A DNA stretch of 64,000 nt from Candidatus Bacteroides merdigallinarum (GTDB taxonomy: Bacteria; Bacteroidota; Bacteroidia; Bacteroidales; Bacteroidaceae), in contig DXBX01000002.1 of NCBI GenBank assembly GCA_019116285.1, positions 4,417-68,416 on the forward strand, written 5' to 3'. Positions 59,341 through 64,000 of the stretch are shown in pieces; position 1 is the stretch's first letter, and every line of letters begins with the position of its first letter. The notes below the pieces were generated by a model that saw nothing but the letters and a program-made list of their open reading frames with translations, was not told the origin of the DNA and did no database searches. The position numbers and the translations under genes are program-made.

Positions 59341-60195
59341 TTATTTCTTCTCTCCCAATTCCAATTTCAGCACGCCGACATAAGCGCCGTTCTTTCCCGT
59401 ATGCATCACCGGCACTTCCTCCTTTGCTGTATTCTCATAGAAGGCCGGACGCTCCATGTACGTATGCGAATGTCCGCCCAGAATCAAGTCGATGCCTTCG
59501 GTTTGTGCCGCGAGCACTTCATCGCCGGCATCCCCCAATCCCGAACCATACAGCCCTAAGTGGGAAAGACAGATCACAACATCGCAGTGTTCCTTTCCGC
59601 GCAGTTGGGCCACCATTTCCTGAGCCACCGGGATAGGGTCGTGATACACCACACCGGCACACTTGTCCGCCTGCACCAGTCCTTCCAGACGGGTGGAAAG
59701 ACCGAAAACGCCTATGCGCACACCGGCCCGCTCCAAGACGATATAGGGCTTTACCAACCCCTCGAGTACCGTGCCCTTCACATCATAATTGGCACAGACC
59801 ACCGGGAAATCGGCCATGCGGAACAGCCGCGCCATATTCTCCAACCCGAAGTCGAACTCATGATTGCCGATAGTCATGGCGTCATACTGCATCAGGTTCA
59901 TCATCTTCACCTCCAGCTCGCCTTGGAACATATTATAATAAGGTGTGCCCTGCGAGATGTCACCGCAATCGAACAACAAGGCGTCGGGATGCGCGCCCCG
60001 ATATTGTCTGACAAAAGAGACACGACGCACCGCGCCTCCCATGCCGGCATATTTATCGGCCGCCTCCGAGGCGATAGGTTCGATACGGCTGTGCGTATCA
60101 CTGGTCTGCAAAACTATCAGTTCTTTCTGTTGCTGGGCGGCCAACGGCTGCAACAACAGCAGAGCCAAGACCGCTATGATTCCTGTCTTTTTCAT
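59341..60195 (-). CDS. 5'-nucleotidase metallophosphoesterase domain (split enzyme)
   Basis: Signal peptide. Motifs SDTHS, DCGD, GNHEFD, LSHLG and GGHSH. Start MKKTG at 60195. Confidence 0.9.
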   Translation of the reverse strand: MKKTGIIAVLALLLLQPLAAQQQKELIVLQTSDTHSRIEPIASEAADKYAGMGGAVRRVSFVRQYRGAHPDALLFDCGDISQGTPYYNMFQGELEVKMMNLMQYDAMTIGNHEFDFGLENMARLFRMADFPVVCANYDVKGTVLEGLVKPYIVLERAGVRIGVFGLSTRLEGLVQADKCAGVVYHDPIPVAQEMVAQLRGKEHCDVVICLSHLGLYGSGLGDAGDEVLAAQTEGIDLILGGHSHTYMERPAFYENTAKEEVPVMHTGKNGAYVGVLKLELGEKK

Positions 60196-60208
60196 CCGAT
60201 TATGCACC

Positions 60209-60997
60209 TTACTTGTTCTTACCTGTTTTCACCACCACGACGCGGCCCTCCACACGCGAAGTCACCGCCTTGCCTGACACCGTCTGCCGCTTCACGTAGT
60301 CTATGAAGAGCGAACGCAGGGTGGCGCCCGGCGGACAGACCTTCTTTTCAGCCTTGGGCAAGGCATACATCCCGTCGTTTCCCTCCGCCAGATAGTCCAC
60401 CGTAGCCACGGTATAGAGCTTCTCGTCATCCACCGGCTTCCCGCCAATGGTGGCGCTCAACAGCTTACGGTCTTCCGACACCTCCAGGCGGACACCGCTC
60501 ACGCCCTCGCCCAAGCGATAGGCAATGTTCTCGAACAACTCCCGCAGGACACTCCCCTTCACGGTCAGCACACACAGCGCGTTCTCGAAGGGCAATACCT
60601 CGTAAGCATTCTCCACAGTGATAGCGCCTTGGGCCAGCGTCGCACGCAGCCCGCCCATATTGACCAGCCCCATGTCGGCCTTCCGCCCCAAGACACCGGT
60701 TGCCGCCTCGCGGAGAATATCGGCCACCAGATTGGACAGCAAGCTCTCCGGACGACGGGGCTCCATCGTAAGAGCCGAACTACCCAGCACCTGCTGCATC
60801 ACGCTGTCCACCTTATTTTTATAAGGAGCCAGCAACGCCTGCGCCTCCGCATCGGGACGCGCATCCCACGTGGAGTCCATCGCTATCCGGCTTCCCTCTA
60901 CGCCCGTCACTTCATACGACGGACGACAAGCCCACAAGACCAGCAATAAGGCCAAAGCCGTCCCGCACGCCCGTACCTGTCTATTTACCTTCTTCAT
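60209..60997 (-). CDS. 5'-nucleotidase C-terminal substrate-binding domain, lipoprotein (split enzyme)
   Basis: Lipobox LWAC. Motifs ESLLSNLVAD, NMGGLR, LPFEN and DYLAEGNDG. Start MKKVN at 60997. Confidence 0.88.
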   Translation of the reverse strand: MKKVNRQVRACGTALALLLVLWACRPSYEVTGVEGSRIAMDSTWDARPDAEAQALLAPYKNKVDSVMQQVLGSSALTMEPRRPESLLSNLVADILREAATGVLGRKADMGLVNMGGLRATLAQGAITVENAYEVLPFENALCVLTVKGSVLRELFENIAYRLGEGVSGVRLEVSEDRKLLSATIGGKPVDDEKLYTVATVDYLAEGNDGMYALPKAEKKVCPPGATLRSLFIDYVKRQTVSGKAVTSRVEGRVVVVKTGKNK

Positions 60998-61099
60998 CTG
61001 TTTCGTTTCCCTATTTTTAAAAGACGGACAAAGATAGACATAAAAAAAGACAATCTGCGGAATCGGAAGCATTAAATATGAACAAGTCTCCCAAGTGAC

Positions 61100-61290
61100 T
61101 GCAAAAAAGTAGCCGTTGTGGGCAACAAAAGTGCGCGATGCCCCTTGTAAAGTTCCTCAATGCTTGGAAAAAGTTCTATTTCCAGCCTAGAAATACACAT
61201 TTCCAGCCTAGAAATGTATATCTCTAACCTAGAAATGTACATTTCCAGCCTGGAAATAAAGAATTCCAGCTGTATTGTCACTTTTTTATA
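61100..61290. repeat. Dispersed palindromic-array element, copy 3
   Basis: Core units at 61178, 61199, 61220 and 61241. AAAGT recurs at about 21 bp in the left flank. Outer limits are approximate. Confidence 0.9.
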
Positions 61291-61534
61291 GCTCACAACA
61301 GAAATATTCCGACGGGATACTCACCTTAAAATCACCGGCAATGCATTCGATACAGGAGGCCGTCCGCCCGGAGGCAGTTCTGTAGGATAATGCTGATAAA
61401 ATCCCGGCAAATTATTTGTGTATCTGCAAAATAATCCGTTACTTTGCACCCGCTTTCGCGCAATCGCTGTCAGGAACAACAGAGAAAGCCTGGTATGTTG
61501 CGTAGTAACGATAACAATTTAATCAACAAGAACA

Positions 61535-61888
61535 ATGGATTTAATTAAAATTGCAGAAGAAGCATTTGCTACCGGCAAGCAGCACCCCAAGTTCAAGGCA
61601 GGTGACACCGTAACTGTAGCATATCGTATCGTGGAAGGTAACAAAGAGCGCGTGCAGAACTATCGCGGCGTTGTTATCAAGATTTCCGGCCATGGTGAAA
61701 AGAAGCGTTTCACCGTACGCAAGATGTCGGGCACTGTCGGCGTAGAGCGTATTTTCCCGCTCGAATCTCCGGCCATTGACAGCATCGAAGTGAACAAGAT
61801 TGGTAAGGTTCGCCGCGCCAAGTTGTACTACCTGCGCGCCCTCACCGGCAAGAAGGCCAGAATCAAAGAGAAAAAGACATTGGGATAA
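61535..61888 (+). CDS. rplS: 50S ribosomal protein L19
   Basis: Motifs [23 protein letters not shown] and [11 protein letters not shown]. Confidence 0.98.
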   Translation: MDLIKIAEEAFATGKQHPKFKAGDTVTVAYRIVEGNKERVQNYRGVVIKISGHGEKKRFTVRKMSGTVGVERIFPLESPAIDSIEVNKIGKVRRAKLYYLRALTGKKARIKEKKTLG

Positions 61889-61921
61889 TCCGAGAGATTA
61901 TCACCCTCTCTTCTTTTCGAT

Positions 61922-61957
61922 AAAAAAGGGAAACCGGACTCCGGCTTCCCTTTTTTA
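61922..61957 (+). terminator. Intrinsic terminator, probably bidirectional
   Basis: AAAAAAGGGAAACCGG-ACT-CCGGCTTCCCTTTTTT. Confidence 0.85.
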
Positions 61958-62079
61958 TTGCCCGGACACGCCATCCCCCTGCCGGCAAGTTGACAGGCCT
62001 TCCGCATAAGAAGCAAAAAAATAGAGACATGCCCGTAAAAGCATGTCTCCATTATCGAAAACAAATACGATAAACGCGC

Positions 62080-63060
62080 TTACTTGATGTCTTTCAACTC
62101 CCAACCCAGTGCACTGGCACCCAGCACAGCTGCATCGGAATCTTTCAGCTCGGACATCAACAGCTTGGCCTTACCTTTATAGATAGGAAGAATGTTCTCG
62201 TCGATGGCCTTCTGAATGGGCTTGAAGATGTAATCGCCGGACTTGGCCAGGCCGCCGAAGAGGATAATTGCCTCAGGGCTGGAGAAGGCGATGAAGTCTG
62301 CAATAGCTTCCCCCAGGATTTGACCGGTGTAGTCGAAAATATCCTTTGCCAACTTATCACCCTTCACGGCTGCATCATACACGTCTTTCGAAGTGATATT
62401 CTCGGCCGGGATAGAGCGCAACAAGCTGGGCTCCGTACGTGCTGCCAGGAATTCACGGGCTGTACGAGTCACACCCGTAGCCGAGCAGTATGTCTCCAGA
62501 CAACCTTTACGGCCGCAACCGCACATACGTCCATTCTCACGGCGAATGATCGTGTGACCCAATTCGCCTGCAAAGCCATCATGGCCATAAACCATCTGAC
62601 CGTTGATAACGATACCGCTACCTACACCTGTACCGAGGGTAATCATAATGAAATCCTTCATACCACGGGCAGCGCCGTAGGTCATCTCACCGATGGCGGC
62701 GGCGTTGGCGTCGTTGGTCAGTGCCGTAGGAATGCCCAAGCGCTCCTCGAACATGGCGGCCAATGAAATGACACCCTTCCACGGAAGGTTGGGCGCGAAC
62801 TCGATGGTTCCGCTGTAATAATTACCATTAGGTGCACCGATGCCGATGCCCTTGATCTTGTCCGAACCACCGTTAGCCACGATCAGGGGCAACAGGTTCT
62901 TGCATACGGCGTCCACATATTCATCCACGTCAGGATAAGCGCCGGTCTTGATAGAACCGCTTGCAATGATTGTACCACGTGCGTCTACTACGCCGAAAAC
63001 AGTGTTCGTACCACCAATATCAATGCCCACTACATAGGGCTTCTCCATGTTTGAGTTCAT
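62080..63060 (-). CDS. ROK-family sugar kinase (glucokinase)
   Basis: Motifs GIDIGGT, NDANAAA, TLGTGVG and ELGH...CGCGRKGCLE. Confidence 0.93.
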   Translation of the reverse strand: MNSNMEKPYVVGIDIGGTNTVFGVVDARGTIIASGSIKTGAYPDVDEYVDAVCKNLLPLIVANGGSDKIKGIGIGAPNGNYYSGTIEFAPNLPWKGVISLAAMFEERLGIPTALTNDANAAAIGEMTYGAARGMKDFIMITLGTGVGSGIVINGQMVYGHDGFAGELGHTIIRRENGRMCGCGRKGCLETYCSATGVTRTAREFLAARTEPSLLRSIPAENITSKDVYDAAVKGDKLAKDIFDYTGQILGEAIADFIAFSSPEAIILFGGLAKSGDYIFKPIQKAIDENILPIYKGKAKLLMSELKDSDAAVLGASALGWELKDIK

Positions 63061-63235
63061 GATAGATTTTGTTTTTAAAGGGTTTTATTATTACTAATTG
63101 GTTACAAAAGTCACAAAACTTAATGAGACCGCAAAATCTTTCCGCAAAAAATTTCGCCACCAGTGCAACTTTTCGTAACATTGCAGCGTCTAATAGGGCA
63201 AAACAACCATTTTAGTGACATAAAACCACAGAACA

Positions 63236-63952
63236 GTGATACACTTAAAAGACATCAACAAGACGTACTACAACGGCGCCCCCCTGCACGTGCTGAAAGG
63301 TATCAACCTCCATATCGAGAAGGGAGAGTTCGTCTCCATCATGGGAGCATCCGGCTCCGGGAAGTCCACCTTATTAAATATATTAGGTATCCTGGACAAC
63401 TACGATACGGGCGAGTACTACCTGAACGGCACGCTCATCAAGAATCTGAGCGAGAACAAGGCCGCCGAATACCGCAACCGCATGATAGGCTTCATCTTCC
63501 AGTCGTTCAACCTCATCTCATTCAAGAACGCCGTGGAGAACGTGGCCCTGCCGCTCTTCTACCAAGGCGTGGGACGGCGCAAGCGCAATGCCTTGGCTTT
63601 GGAATACCTTGACCGCCTCGGCTTGAAGGATTGGGCGCACCACATGCCCAACGAGATGTCCGGCGGACAGAAGCAGCGCGTAGCCATCGCCCGTGCCCTC
63701 ATCACCCGGCCGCAAATCATCCTGGCAGACGAACCCACCGGTGCCCTGGACAGCAAGACGTCCGTCGAGGTGATGCAAATCCTCAAGGACCTGCACCAGA
63801 CGGGCATGACCATCGTCGTCGTCACCCACGAGAGCGGCGTGGCCAACCAGACAGACAAAATCATCCATATCAAGGACGGCGTCATCGGCAGCATCGAGGA
63901 GAACCTGCGCCACGACGCATCGCCCTTCGGCCAAGGAGGGCTGATGAAATGA
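63236..63952 (+). CDS. ABC transporter ATP-binding protein (MacB/LolD-like)
   Basis: Motifs [17 protein letters not shown] and [14 protein letters not shown] start. Confidence 0.94.
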   Translation: MIHLKDINKTYYNGAPLHVLKGINLHIEKGEFVSIMGASGSGKSTLLNILGILDNYDTGEYYLNGTLIKNLSENKAAEYRNRMIGFIFQSFNLISFKNAVENVALPLFYQGVGRRKRNALALEYLDRLGLKDWAHHMPNEMSGGQKQRVAIARALITRPQIILADEPTGALDSKTSVEVMQILKDLHQTGMTIVVVTHESGVANQTDKIIHIKDGVIGSIEENLRHDASPFGQGGLMK

Positions 63953-64000
63953 TCGACCTTTGGCAGGAAATCTACGGCACCATCAAGCGCAACAAGCTCC
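63949..64000 (+). CDS. ABC transporter permease, 5' fragment
   Basis: ATGA overlap with the ATPase gene. [17 protein letters not shown] is typical of MacB-like permease N-termini. Confidence 0.7.
   Translation, partial: MIDLWQEIYGTIKRNKL

Noticed and set aside
59341-60997. Split 5'-nucleotidase as a pseudogene or frameshift
   Set aside because: Both halves have their own export signals and the domain order is reversed, so this is a real two-gene arrangement.

Overview
64-kb chromosomal segment of a fairly GC-rich Bacteroidales (probably Bacteroidaceae) genome, judged from TAnnTTTG promoters, a SusC gene and an ArgF'-type transcarbamylase. From left to right it holds: the 5' part of a beta-mannan/glucomannan PUL (partial susC, two GH5, CE7, AraC, GH2, GH94 cellobiose phosphorylase, AKR, GH97); dinB and a MATE; a 2-aminoethylphosphonate cluster (phnW, phnX, an MFS-like transporter and a divergent uncharacterised HTH-like gene); nhaD, argF' and proBA; a TonB receptor/LuxR/FAD-oxidoreductase block; an acyltransferase/AraC pair; core genes (ispF, SUI1, tsf, rpsB, rpsI, rplM, asnS, rluB, purB); a solitary lower-GC 1728-aa DUF4062-NACHT-like (NLR-like) gene; two tandem GH3/beta-lactamase fusions; a split 5'-nucleotidase; rplS; a ROK kinase; and an ABC transporter. 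No tRNA, rRNA, CRISPR array or transposase was recognised. The most notable signals are (1) the NLR-like gene, (2) a dispersed element of four 17-bp palindromes at 21-bp period (3 copies, plus an analogous 22-bp-period array), (3) an operator lying exactly 33 bp from the -7 box of three PUL promoters, and (4) a candidate new phosphonate regulator/transporter pair. All calls were made by eye from motifs; no database search was run.
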